NCBI GenBank assembly: GCA_963762115.1
Contig: CAVXJH010000003.1
Location: 331,323 to 395,322 of the forward strand
Source of the DNA: Candidatus Babeliales bacterium
GTDB taxonomy: Bacteria; Babelota; Babeliae; Babelales; JANWKD01
Direction of reading: 5' to 3'
Length of the DNA: 64,000 nt
Below the pieces are notes generated by a model. It saw only the letters and a program-made list of their open reading frames with translations, searched no databases and was not told the DNA's origin. The position numbers were made by a program, and so were the translations under genes. Every line of letters starts with the position of its first letter. Within the stretch, counting starts at the first letter, position 1. This document shows positions 10,023 through 18,735 of this stretch, piece after piece.

Positions 10023-10052
10023 AAGGCCTAGTTTAAAAGCTAGGCCTTTTTT
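10023..10052 (+). terminator. rho-independent terminator after the 9496..9993 gene
   Basis: aaggcctag-tttaaaag-ctaggcctt followed by a T6 run. Confidence 0.7.
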
Positions 10053-10063
10053 GTTACTTTGAA

Positions 10064-10175
10064 CCTGCTATTTTCGTTTTTATCAATAATCGAAAATAGC
10101 GGCATTCCTTATTTTCGTTGGTGAATATAAGAACGCTCCTTATTTTCGATTATTGCCATTTTCGAAAATAGCAGG
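10064..10175. repeat. 112-bp palindromic element carrying six copies of an ATTTTCG/CGAAAAT motif (operator array or MITE-like)
   Basis: Perfect 13-bp outer inverted repeat cctgctattttcg (10064-10076) / cgaaaatagcagg (10163-10175), extendable to about 28 bp. Inner hairpin gctattttcg...cgaaaatagc. Direct repeats tccttattttcg at 10106 and 10137. Palindrome attttcgaaaat at 10158. Confidence 0.7.
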
Positions 10176-10206
10176 TATACTTATTAGAATAAAACGAGAG
10201 GAAAAT

Positions 10207-11367
10207 ATGGATATTAAAAATTCTTCAGCGGGCAAAGTTATAAAAACACTTAAGGGGTACAATGCCTTTTTACCAAACCCATTACCCCCCCACCTTGAAT
10301 GGAATACTGATTTAGTCAATGCACTATCAAGAGCTGATTATATCTTGGGAAAATTATCTCGAGAAGGCAGCAAATTGCCTAATCCTCATTTATTAATTCG
10401 GCCGTTTATTACCCGCGAAGCTGTTTTATCAAGCAAAATTGAAGGAACACAGGCGACACTCGGGGAAATACTTGCCGGTGAAGTTGGTGCTCAAATTGAT
10501 CGGAGTCCGGCAGACTTACAAGAAGTACAAAATTATATTATTGCCCTAGAATATGGCTTAGAACGCCTCAATGATTTTCCTCTTTCTCTCAGACTTATTA
10601 AAGAAATTCATGGAAAATTAATGCTGGGAGTCCGCGGAAGCCATGCCACTCCGGGAGAATTTCGCAGAACACAAAATTGGATTGGAACACCGGGATGCAC
10701 TTTGGCAACAGCAAAATTTGTTCCGCCATCACCTGACAATCTCATGGACACGTTAAAAGATTTTGAATCTTTTTTATATGATCAATCATTACCACCCCTT
10801 ATTCATATTGCACTCTGTCATTATCAGTTTGAAGCTATTCACCCTTTTTTAGATGGTAATGGTAGAATTGGACGTTTATTAATTACCTTATTATTAATGC
10901 AACATACTTTATTGCCATCACCACTTTTATATTTAAGTGCTTTTTTTGAAGCAACGCGAGAAGAATATTATAAACAACTGTATAACGTCAGCTGCCATGG
11001 TGCATGGCAAGAATGGCTTATGTATTTTCTTAATGGAGTTGCACTTCAAGCACTTGATGTTTTATCTCGGGCTGAACGAATTAATACTTTAATTAATAAT
11101 TGGCAAGATCAGGTAGGCGGTACAAACTCTGCAACTATGCATGAAATTGTTAGTTATTTTGCCGTTAATCCATTTTTAACAACAAAAAAAATTGTTGAAA
11201 ATTTAGGTGTTGCTTTTACAACAGCACAACGAGCAATTAAAAAACTTGAGGAGTTGGGCATTATCCAACAAATAAATGCAAGTAAACGAGATCGTGTATA
11301 TTGTGTAACCGAAATCCTTGCTATTCTTGAAGAGCCTACAAAAATTGATACCACTCTCGAAGAATAA
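10207..11367 (+). CDS. fic: Fic family protein (AMPylase-type) with N-terminal inhibitory helix and C-terminal winged-helix
   Basis: Fic active-site motif HPFLDGNGRIGR. N-terminal SSKIEG matches the (S/T)xxxE(G/N) auto-inhibition motif. I chose ATG 10207, preceded by gagagg, rather than the track start 10153, which lies inside the repeat element. Confidence 0.9.
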   Translation: MDIKNSSAGKVIKTLKGYNAFLPNPLPPHLEWNTDLVNALSRADYILGKLSREGSKLPNPHLLIRPFITREAVLSSKIEGTQATLGEILAGEVGAQIDRSPADLQEVQNYIIALEYGLERLNDFPLSLRLIKEIHGKLMLGVRGSHATPGEFRRTQNWIGTPGCTLATAKFVPPSPDNLMDTLKDFESFLYDQSLPPLIHIALCHYQFEAIHPFLDGNGRIGRLLITLLLMQHTLLPSPLLYLSAFFEATREEYYKQLYNVSCHGAWQEWLMYFLNGVALQALDVLSRAERINTLINNWQDQVGGTNSATMHEIVSYFAVNPFLTTKKIVENLGVAFTTAQRAIKKLEELGIIQQINASKRDRVYCVTEILAILEEPTKIDTTLEE

Positions 11368-11515
11368 TCAGAATACAACATCAAGTTTTAATATCTTATG
11401 CAAACAACTAAGATCAGCAAGCCAATTTGCCCAATATCAACATTTTTGGCACACTAAGAGATATTAAAATAAATAGTATACATATTTTTACTTATTCCCC
11501 TTCAGGAGTTTTTAC

Positions 11516-12112
11516 ATGACTAAAATAACCATGGATCTTATTCAACAATTAAGAGATCGAACCGGTCTTGGCATGATGGATTGCAAAAAGGCTTTAACAG
11601 AAGCAAATGGCGATATCGATAAAGCAATTGAGCTTTTGCGCAAAAAAGGTGCTGCGATTGCTGCAAAACGTTCTGGTAACGCAACAGCTGAAGGCCTTGT
11701 TCATGCCTACATCCACCCAGGAAGCCGCGTTGGTGTTCTTTTGGAAGTCAACTGCGAAACTGATTTTGTTGCAAGCACTGACACCATCAAACAATTTGCT
11801 GCCGATGTTTGTCTTCACATCGCGGCTATGAAACCGCTGTTTGTTAACCCTGAAGATGTTGATGCTGCAATAATTGCAAAAGAACGTGAAATTTTCACGG
11901 CGCAAATGGCAAATTCAGGCAAGCCAGAAAAAATCATTGAGCAAATTGTTCAAGGAAAAATTAACAAATTTCTTTCTGAAATCTGCTTAATACAACAGCC
12001 TTATATCAAGAATGATAAAATTACCATTGATGAATATTTAAAAGAAACTGTCGCTAAATTGGGTGAAAACATTAAAATTCGTCGTTTTGCACGTTTTGAA
12101 ATTGGTAACTAA
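11516..12112 (+). CDS. tsf: translation elongation factor Ts (short form)
   Basis: UBA-like N-terminus LIQQLRDRTGLGMMDCKKALTEANGDIDKAIELLRKKG. RBS aggag upstream. Confidence 0.93.
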   Translation: MTKITMDLIQQLRDRTGLGMMDCKKALTEANGDIDKAIELLRKKGAAIAAKRSGNATAEGLVHAYIHPGSRVGVLLEVNCETDFVASTDTIKQFAADVCLHIAAMKPLFVNPEDVDAAIIAKEREIFTAQMANSGKPEKIIEQIVQGKINKFLSEICLIQQPYIKNDKITIDEYLKETVAKLGENIKIRRFARFEIGN

Positions 12113-12137
12113 ATAAAGCAATTGCCAAAAGGAATTC

Positions 12138-12851
12138 ATGATAATGTCAGCAAAAAAAACAATTCTTTTGAAGCTCACTGGTGAAATTTTTTTATCGCCC
12201 CTAACAAAAAACCTTGATAATGCAATGATTAAAAATATTGCAAAACAAATCAAGCACCTTTCGCCCCACTATTATTTTGGTATTGTTATTGGCGGTGGCA
12301 ATTTCTTTCGAGGAAATGTGCAGGGCAAAGCATTAAATATAACAACTTCAGTGGGACATCAGATTGGCATGCTCGCAACAATCATGAATGGGTTAATTAT
12401 TAAAGATTTGTTTGAACAAGAAGAAATTCCTTCAACTGTTTTTTGCGCATTGCCATCTTCCGAAATCGGCACACCAATTTCACAACAAGCAATTAAACAA
12501 ACTATGGAACAAGGAACTTGTATCATATTTACTGGTGGAACAGGCAATCCTTTTTTCACCACTGATACAACAGCAATTGTGCGTGGTTTGCAAATACAAG
12601 CAGATGCAGTCTGGAAAGCAACTCATGTTGATGGCATTTATGATGCAGACCCACGACTCAACACTCATGCAAGCTTAATAAAACGTATTTCTTTTCAAGA
12701 TGCTTTAGATAAAGACTTAAAAATCATGGATGCAACCGCCTTTGCTCTTGCAAAAGAAAATAAATTAGCAATTCGTGTATTTAACATTTTTCAACCAAAT
12801 GCATTACTTAATGCGGCAGAATCGCATGATTTTGGCAGCATTGTTACCTAA
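12138..12851 (+). CDS. pyrH: UMP kinase
   Basis: ILLKLTGE and GGGNFFRG motifs. Conserved tsf-pyrH-frr order. Confidence 0.93.
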   Translation: MIMSAKKTILLKLTGEIFLSPLTKNLDNAMIKNIAKQIKHLSPHYYFGIVIGGGNFFRGNVQGKALNITTSVGHQIGMLATIMNGLIIKDLFEQEEIPSTVFCALPSSEIGTPISQQAIKQTMEQGTCIIFTGGTGNPFFTTDTTAIVRGLQIQADAVWKATHVDGIYDADPRLNTHASLIKRISFQDALDKDLKIMDATAFALAKENKLAIRVFNIFQPNALLNAAESHDFGSIVT

Positions 12852-12869
12852 AAAAATAAAGGATTTTAT

Positions 12870-13457
12870 ATGATAGATCTCAAACTTACTGATTCTAATA
12901 TTAAAGAATTTGAAAAAGCCCTTTCGAGCGAAATGGATAAAGCGGTCAAACATTTTGAACGTGAATTAACCAGTATTCGTACAGGGCGAGCTCATTCAGC
13001 ACTTGTTGAAGGCATAAAATTTACCGCTTATGGCAACACCGCAATGTCAATCAAAGATGCCGCTTCTATTACCATTCCAGAAGCACGATTAATAGTAATT
13101 CAGCCATGGGACCAGGGCACCTTAAATGATATTGAAAAAGCTCTTTCTGCAACCGACACAGGATTAACACCAGTTATCGACGGTAATATAATTCGCATTC
13201 GCTTACCTGAAATGAGCACCTCTCGACGTGATGAATTGGTAAAAATTTTAGGAAAAAAAACAGAAGATTCTCGTATTGCAGTCAGAAACGTTCGTAAAGA
13301 TTTTCAAAGTTTGATCCGTGATTCAGAAAAAAGTAAGGCAATTTCAGAAGATCATAGCAGAAGACTTGCTGATACTTTACAAAAACTCACTGATAAATTT
13401 ATAGTTACCATTGATCAAATGGCGCAAAAGAAAGAAAATGAAATAAAAATCGTTTAA
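12870..13457 (+). CDS. frr: ribosome recycling factor
   Basis: 195 aa with LTSIRTGRAHSALVEGIKF and IRIRLPEMSTSRRDELVK, typical of Frr. Synteny with pyrH. Confidence 0.93.
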   Translation: MIDLKLTDSNIKEFEKALSSEMDKAVKHFERELTSIRTGRAHSALVEGIKFTAYGNTAMSIKDAASITIPEARLIVIQPWDQGTLNDIEKALSATDTGLTPVIDGNIIRIRLPEMSTSRRDELVKILGKKTEDSRIAVRNVRKDFQSLIRDSEKSKAISEDHSRRLADTLQKLTDKFIVTIDQMAQKKENEIKIV

Positions 13458-13535
13458 ACCCTTTTCTTTCTTTCTTATTTTGCTACACTTTAAAAAAGTA
13501 ATTGAAGTAAGAGATAACGCTATACATTATACGGA

Positions 13536-13611
13536 GGGCCGCTAGCTCAATTGGTAGAGCGACAGACTCTTAATCTGCAGGTTATTGGTTCGATTCCAAT
13601 GCGGCCCACCA
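13536..13611 (+). tRNA. tRNA-Lys (anticodon CUU), CCA encoded
   Basis: The cloverleaf folds by hand. Acceptor is GGGCCGC/GCGGCCC. D arm is GCTC-AATTGGTA-GAGC. Anticodon loop is CTCTTAA. T arm is ATTGG-TTCGATT-CCAAT. Confidence 0.9.
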
Positions 13612-13821
13612 TACTTCGCATAAAGCTTCGTATGGCAGGCCAGTTCTTCGACACTTGTTAAGAAGAATCAGTTTTTTTACATTGAAATAAACTCAATAAA
13701 CTGCAAAAAACAATGGGTGAAGCATTAAAATTGACATCATACAGAGTAAGTAGCGACGATGGACTGCTTTTTTAAAGCTATGCCTAGCGCAGCAAGCCTT
13801 CGTTCTTAAAGAAATTTAAAA

Positions 13822-13908
13822 GCAAGAGTGGCGGAATTGGTAGACGCGCTGGACTTAGGATCCAGTTCCCGAAAGGGAGTGGGGGTTCGATTCCCTTCTC
13901 TTGCACCA
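13822..13908 (+). tRNA. tRNA-Leu (anticodon UAG), long variable arm, CCA encoded
   Basis: Acceptor GCAAGAG/CTCTTGC. Anticodon stem-loop CTGGA-CTTAGGA-TCCAG. Variable arm TTCCCGAAAGGGAG. T loop GGTTCGATTCC. Confidence 0.9.
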
Positions 13909-13926
13909 AAAAAAGGAGAACGTACG

Positions 13927-15228
13927 ATGGCACAAATTAATCAAATCTTACAAGTAAACATTGATCAACAACATCCACATGTTTGCAAGGCGACAGTAAT
14001 AATTCCGGAAAGCTTTGTAAACGTCTTATATCATCAAGCATCATTGGCACACCGAGGTATAGTTCATACCTATGGATTTGCAAAAGGAAATACACCTTTA
14101 TCCTATGTCGAAAAAAATTATCGTTCCAGCATTCTTGTGCATGTTAAAGAATTTTTATTTAAATATTTTGTCATTGGGTTCTTGTATGAACAACTTTCAC
14201 ATCAAAAAATTGTTATTGCTGGAGAACCACGATTACTTGATATAATTCTGGAACCAAATCAAGCCGCAGAATTTCAGTTCGAACTATCACTCGGGCCCAA
14301 AATTAATTTAAAATCATGGAAAAACATTGTTTTTAAATCTCCAAAACGTAAAAATTATAAAGATATTGATCGTCAAGTTGAAACCTTCATTAAAGACGAA
14401 CATGCAATAATGAAAAAGCTTACCACCAATTATGTTCGCATTGGTGATTGGGTTTGCTTTGATATTCATTTATTAACTGAGGATGCTGTTGCTCCCTTTG
14501 ACAATTACCGAGAAAATTTATGGATACACATTGGCAATGAAGAAGCTGATGAGCCATTTCAAACACTTTTCCTTGGTAAAAAGAAAAATGAAACCTTTTG
14601 TACAAAGCAACAATGCATTCAGGAATATTTTAGTACTTCTATTGCCACCAATTATAATTTTTGTATTGAAATAAAAGATATTGTTCATAATTCATTCTTC
14701 TCTCTTGATCATTTAAAACATCATTTTCGCTTAAAAACCAATAAAGAATTACAACAAAAATTAATTGAAGTATTCTCCTATCGAAATGATTTATCACTCA
14801 GAAGAGCAATTGTTGAAGAAGCACTTACTATGCTCATTAACAAACATGAATTTGATGTTCCTAATTATTTAATTTTACGTGAACAACAAATAGTTTTAGA
14901 ATCCGTTTTGACTAATCCTGATTATCATGTTTATAAAACGCAACCAAATTTTAAAGATTACATTCACAAACTCGCCGTCAAACAAGCAAAGGAAACATTG
15001 ATTATTGATCAATTAGCCTATGAAGAAAATTTACTTGTTTCAACAGAAGATATTAAAAGCTTATTACATCTTACAAAAGCACCGCGAACAAAAGAATTTA
15101 TTTACTTTAAATTACCATTAACTAAACTAGAAGCACAAGAAGTTCCTGTCGCTTCAGCATTTTTTAAACAAAGTTGCTTGCGTGAGAAAACATTAAATCA
15201 TGTAATTTATCATTGGACAAAGAGATAA
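13927..15228 (+). CDS. tig: trigger factor (divergent)
   Basis: ATG 13927 is preceded by aaggag. The N-terminal ribosome-binding signature resembles GFRxGxxP (YGFAKGNTPLSYVEKNY). Length of about 433 aa. The track ORF start 13828 reads through tRNA-Leu and is rejected. Confidence 0.6.
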   Translation: MAQINQILQVNIDQQHPHVCKATVIIPESFVNVLYHQASLAHRGIVHTYGFAKGNTPLSYVEKNYRSSILVHVKEFLFKYFVIGFLYEQLSHQKIVIAGEPRLLDIILEPNQAAEFQFELSLGPKINLKSWKNIVFKSPKRKNYKDIDRQVETFIKDEHAIMKKLTTNYVRIGDWVCFDIHLLTEDAVAPFDNYRENLWIHIGNEEADEPFQTLFLGKKKNETFCTKQQCIQEYFSTSIATNYNFCIEIKDIVHNSFFSLDHLKHHFRLKTNKELQQKLIEVFSYRNDLSLRRAIVEEALTMLINKHEFDVPNYLILREQQIVLESVLTNPDYHVYKTQPNFKDYIHKLAVKQAKETLIIDQLAYEENLLVSTEDIKSLLHLTKAPRTKEFIYFKLPLTKLEAQEVPVASAFFKQSCLREKTLNHVIYHWTKR

Positions 15229-16167
15229 ATGGTTACCAAAGAAAAAATTCACCCCGTTATCATACTCGGTGCTGGCCCGGCGGGTTTAACAGCCGGCATT
15301 TATTCGGCAAGGGCAATGCTCAATCCACTTATCATTGAAGGTAACAAGCCTGGTGGTCAACTTATGGGAACAACCTATGTTGAAAATTGGCCCGGTGAAA
15401 AAAGCATTTTGGGACCTCAATTAATGATGAATATGCGTGCACATGCACAAGCGGCTGGCTGCACCTTTATGACAGGAGAAGTTATTTCTGTTGATTTTAC
15501 CAAGCACCCTTTTTCTTTAATAACCAATAAAAACGTCACCCTTTTTGCCCATTCAGTGATTATTGCAACAGGCGCAACACCAAAAAGACTTGGTTGCCCA
15601 GGCGAAGATTTGTATTGGGGAAAAGGTGTATCAACGTGCGCAGTATGTGATGGAACTTTTTATAAAGATAAGCCAGTTATAATTATTGGCGGTGGAGACA
15701 CCGCTATGGAAGATACGTCGTTCATGACTAATTTTACGGATAAGATTACCTTAGTTCATATTGGTGATGCATTAACTGCTTCACCAAGCATGCAAGAACG
15801 CGTTATTGATAATGAAAAAATTAACATTATGTATAACAGTACCGTTACCGAAATTAAAGGCGATGGCAATCATGTTACCAGTGTTATCATAACAAACCAA
15901 AAAACAAACGCTCAAAAAGAACTCGCCGTAGATGCTGCCTTTGTGGCAATTGGGCTCACACCCAACACGCAACCATTTAAAGGACAACTAGAACTTCAAA
16001 AAAATGGTTATTTAATGGTCAAAAATAACACTCAAACTTCGGTTCCAGGAATTTTTTCTGCAGGTGATGTTTCAGATTATCGTTATCGACAAGCAATTAC
16101 TTCTGCAGGTACCGGCTGCATGGCAGCTTTAGATGCAGAACGTTACATAAAAGAACAAAGTAAATAA
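15229..16167 (+). CDS. trxB: thioredoxin-disulfide reductase
   Basis: FAD motif ILGAGPAGLTAGIYSARA, redox-active CAVCDG, NADPH motif IIGGGDTAMED. Confidence 0.93.
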   Translation: MVTKEKIHPVIILGAGPAGLTAGIYSARAMLNPLIIEGNKPGGQLMGTTYVENWPGEKSILGPQLMMNMRAHAQAAGCTFMTGEVISVDFTKHPFSLITNKNVTLFAHSVIIATGATPKRLGCPGEDLYWGKGVSTCAVCDGTFYKDKPVIIIGGGDTAMEDTSFMTNFTDKITLVHIGDALTASPSMQERVIDNEKINIMYNSTVTEIKGDGNHVTSVIITNQKTNAQKELAVDAAFVAIGLTPNTQPFKGQLELQKNGYLMVKNNTQTSVPGIFSAGDVSDYRYRQAITSAGTGCMAALDAERYIKEQSK

Positions 16168-16357
16168 CGCGAATTCGATAAAAAAATTATCAACTGATCC
16201 AACGAGCAAAGTATCCCTGAAATGTCTTCCCGATGCACATTGTGCCGTGGGGATCCAGATTATAAAGTTCTAATTGATAAAAATCCATATTAATTAGAAA
16301 GAATAAAAAAAGAATTTTATATGCTGGGTTGCCACGCCAACAATGTTGGCTCGCAAT

Positions 16358-17533
16358 TGTATGTGTTCAGAGTTTCGGTGAATAAAAAATACCCACAAAA
16401 GTAAATCAGAGTTAGAATTGAATACGCAATATTAACAATTTTAACGCAGGAGTTCTTTTGTGAGTATAAATACATCGTATCCTACTTTGGTTAGCAATTC
16501 AATAAAGTACATGCTAAAATATGTAGAAGAATATGAGCTTGTTAAGGCAAAGAAGCACCCACAATTTAGGTTTGTTCGAGAATTTTTTGAAGCCAGGGAA
16601 CTCTGTTTCCAGAATTTTTATAAACTTTATGGGCGTTATAAAGCAGCCCAGGGAATTCCCGAACTTCTACTGCCTATAAGGCGCGGCCCTAAACCAAAAT
16701 TTGAAGAATTGCCACTTGCAGATGATAGCCTTGTAAAAAAAATTTTAGAATACCGAAAATCAGGTTTAAATAGGTATGTTATCGCTGCAGCTCTCAAGAA
16801 AAATCCTTCGATCAAAAAAGGTATTTCTGCAAGTTCAGTGTATCGAACTTTACGAAAATATGGTGTTTCTAAATTAACTAAATTAGTGCAAGAGGAAAAA
16901 AGAAAGATTGTGAGAACATTTGCAGGATCATTAGCTCATATAGATTGCCATTACCTACCTAAGGGAATTGTACAATCTGAACCTAAAAAGAAATATTTTG
17001 TATTGGGTGTAATTGATGATTTTTCGAGAATAGTTTGGGTCGAAGTAATTGAATCTTTAAAGGCAATTGATGTTGCCTTTGCTATGATGGATATTATTTT
17101 ACATATGAACCAACGATATAATATCACCTTTGATGAAGCTCTGACAGATAATGGTGCTGAGTTTTGTTCAACGCCAGAAAAATTAAAAAATCATCCTTTT
17201 GAACGATTGCTACTTCATTTTGCGATTAAACATCGAAGAACTTTGCCTTATAGACCACAAACAAATGGAAAAATTGAAAGATTTTGGCGTTCTTTTGATG
17301 ATGAAGTTATTGAAGGATCCATCTTTAACACAATCGATGAATTAAAAGATGCTGTTCTTGGATATAATTTCTATCACAATGAACATCGGCCGCATCAAGG
17401 TTTGAATGGCAAAGTACCATTCGAATTGTTGAAAGAAACCGGCATACCCGTTTAAGGAATTAAAAAACTTACAATTCAACTTTGATTGCCACTTTGTGCA
17501 AAAAATTATTCACCGAAACTCTGAACACATACA
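16358..17533 (+). mobile_element. intact IS element (IS481-family-like), 1176 bp
   Basis: Perfect 28-bp terminal inverted repeats tgtatgtgttcagagtttcggtgaataa (16358-16385) and its complement (17506-17533). TG...CA termini. 5-bp direct duplication GCAAT at 16353-16357 and 17534-17538. A single transposase ORF lies inside. Confidence 0.85.
16460..17455 (+). CDS. DDE transposase (rve/integrase core, IS481-like)
   Basis: 331 aa with an N-terminal HTH region. Candidate DDE triad in AHIDCHY, LTDNGAEF and NGKIERFW. GTG start. Confidence 0.9.
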   Translation: MSINTSYPTLVSNSIKYMLKYVEEYELVKAKKHPQFRFVREFFEARELCFQNFYKLYGRYKAAQGIPELLLPIRRGPKPKFEELPLADDSLVKKILEYRKSGLNRYVIAAALKKNPSIKKGISASSVYRTLRKYGVSKLTKLVQEEKRKIVRTFAGSLAHIDCHYLPKGIVQSEPKKKYFVLGVIDDFSRIVWVEVIESLKAIDVAFAMMDIILHMNQRYNITFDEALTDNGAEFCSTPEKLKNHPFERLLLHFAIKHRRTLPYRPQTNGKIERFWRSFDDEVIEGSIFNTIDELKDAVLGYNFYHNEHRPHQGLNGKVPFELLKETGIPV

Positions 17534-17617
17534 GCAATGACAATGCTAATTTTAATATCTTTTCCCTTAGGCTAAATTCATGCTTTTTAACATATCCAAT
17601 TCACATTAAATAAAATA

Positions 17618-18184
17618 TTAATAGCCAAGGTAAGACCACCAAGAACGGCCCCGATTTGATGATTCAACATCTTCTAACTCTTCTCTAGGGACTAAATACC
17701 ATTCTTTTTCAATTTCTTTTCGTTCTCTTTTAAGTTTTTGATAAGGATCTTCTTTTAATGCCTTATTTTCAGTCACCTCTTGCAAACTGCTATCTGCAGT
17801 CACTGTTGCACCATACTTCAATAAAAGTTGAATGACACGAGGTTTGCCATAATAAGCTGCAAAAGCAAGTGGCGTCAATAAGCTTGAATCAGGCATATTA
17901 GGATTAGCGCCAGCTTCCAACAATACCGCTACAATGCCTTCACTTACATCAGTTACAGGAATTGCAATAGCAGCCATAAGAGCTGCTTTGTTTCTTTGTT
18001 GTGCATTCGGATTTGCTCCTTTATTAAGCAAATTTTTTACAGCATATAAATCACCCTTCTTAATAGCAGTAAAAAGTGGCTCAGTTAACTGTTCATTAAA
18101 TAAACGTCTTGATAAAGGCAACGCTACAAAGGTAATGCTCAGCAATCCTACAAAAAAAATATATTTTATTTTGATACTATTCAT
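17618..18184 (-). CDS. exported ankyrin-repeat protein
   Basis: Leader IFFVGLLSITFVALP. ANK motifs GANPNAQ, LLEAGANPN and TPLAFAAYYGKPRVIQLLLKYGA. I chose ATG at 18184 (MNSIKIKY) to avoid overlap with the upstream gene. Confidence 0.85.
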   Translation of the reverse strand: MNSIKIKYIFFVGLLSITFVALPLSRRLFNEQLTEPLFTAIKKGDLYAVKNLLNKGANPNAQQRNKAALMAAIAIPVTDVSEGIVAVLLEAGANPNMPDSSLLTPLAFAAYYGKPRVIQLLLKYGATVTADSSLQEVTENKALKEDPYQKLKRERKEIEKEWYLVPREELEDVESSNRGRSWWSYLGY

Positions 18185-18186
18185 AA

Positions 18187-18717
18187 TTAATCCTTTTCTA
18201 ATATAACCCATTCTTCTTCAGGTTGTTTTTCAATCAAACCTTCTTCAAATTCTTCAATAAGCTTTTGAATTGCTAACTGCTTTTGTTGTCTATTTTCAGC
18301 TTCTCGCCTTTCATGGTGTTCAAAAATATAATCAAGGCCTCTTTTTCCAAAACCATCAACAGCATTGATATCGCCACCACGAGTACCTAAAATACTATAA
18401 TATTCCAAATCACGAGACAGAGCATACGTGAAAGGTGTCATTTGATTGCCTGCTATCTTATTTGGATCCGCTCCCAATCTTAGGAGCAACCTAACTAAAG
18501 GTGTTTTATAAAGCTCAATCGCTTTCATTAAAGCTGACACACCATCTAACTCTGCATCTGGACTAACACCATCAACTATCAATTGATTTACTTGAGTTTC
18601 ATCGCCAACCTCGATAGCACTAAAAAGTTCACTAATACGTGAATCATGATTATTCGCCTGAACGAGAGTTGCAGCACAACACATTGTCATGCCGATTAAT
18701 AAATATAATTTTTTCAC
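18187..18717 (-). CDS. exported ankyrin-repeat protein
   Basis: Leader LYLLIGMTMCCAATLVQA. ANK motifs SALMKAIELYKTPLVRLLLRLGADPN and MTPFTYALS. Acidic C-terminal tail EEFEEGLIEKQPEEEW. Confidence 0.85.
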   Translation of the reverse strand: MKKLYLLIGMTMCCAATLVQANNHDSRISELFSAIEVGDETQVNQLIVDGVSPDAELDGVSALMKAIELYKTPLVRLLLRLGADPNKIAGNQMTPFTYALSRDLEYYSILGTRGGDINAVDGFGKRGLDYIFEHHERREAENRQQKQLAIQKLIEEFEEGLIEKQPEEEWVILEKD

Positions 18718-18735
18718 AAGTACCCCTTAGGAAAT

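Noticed and set aside
10153-10206. Upstream TTG-type start for fic giving MPFSKIAGILIRIKREEN.
   Set aside because: It lies within the palindromic ATTTTCG element and lacks an RBS. ATG 10207 has gagagg upstream and matches the usual Fic_N start.
13828-13926. N-terminal 33-aa extension of the trigger-factor ORF in the track (MAELVDALDLGSSSRKGVGVRFPSLAPKKGERT).
   Set aside because: This stretch is the body of tRNA-Leu(UAG) read as protein. The real start is ATG 13927, behind an aaggag RBS.
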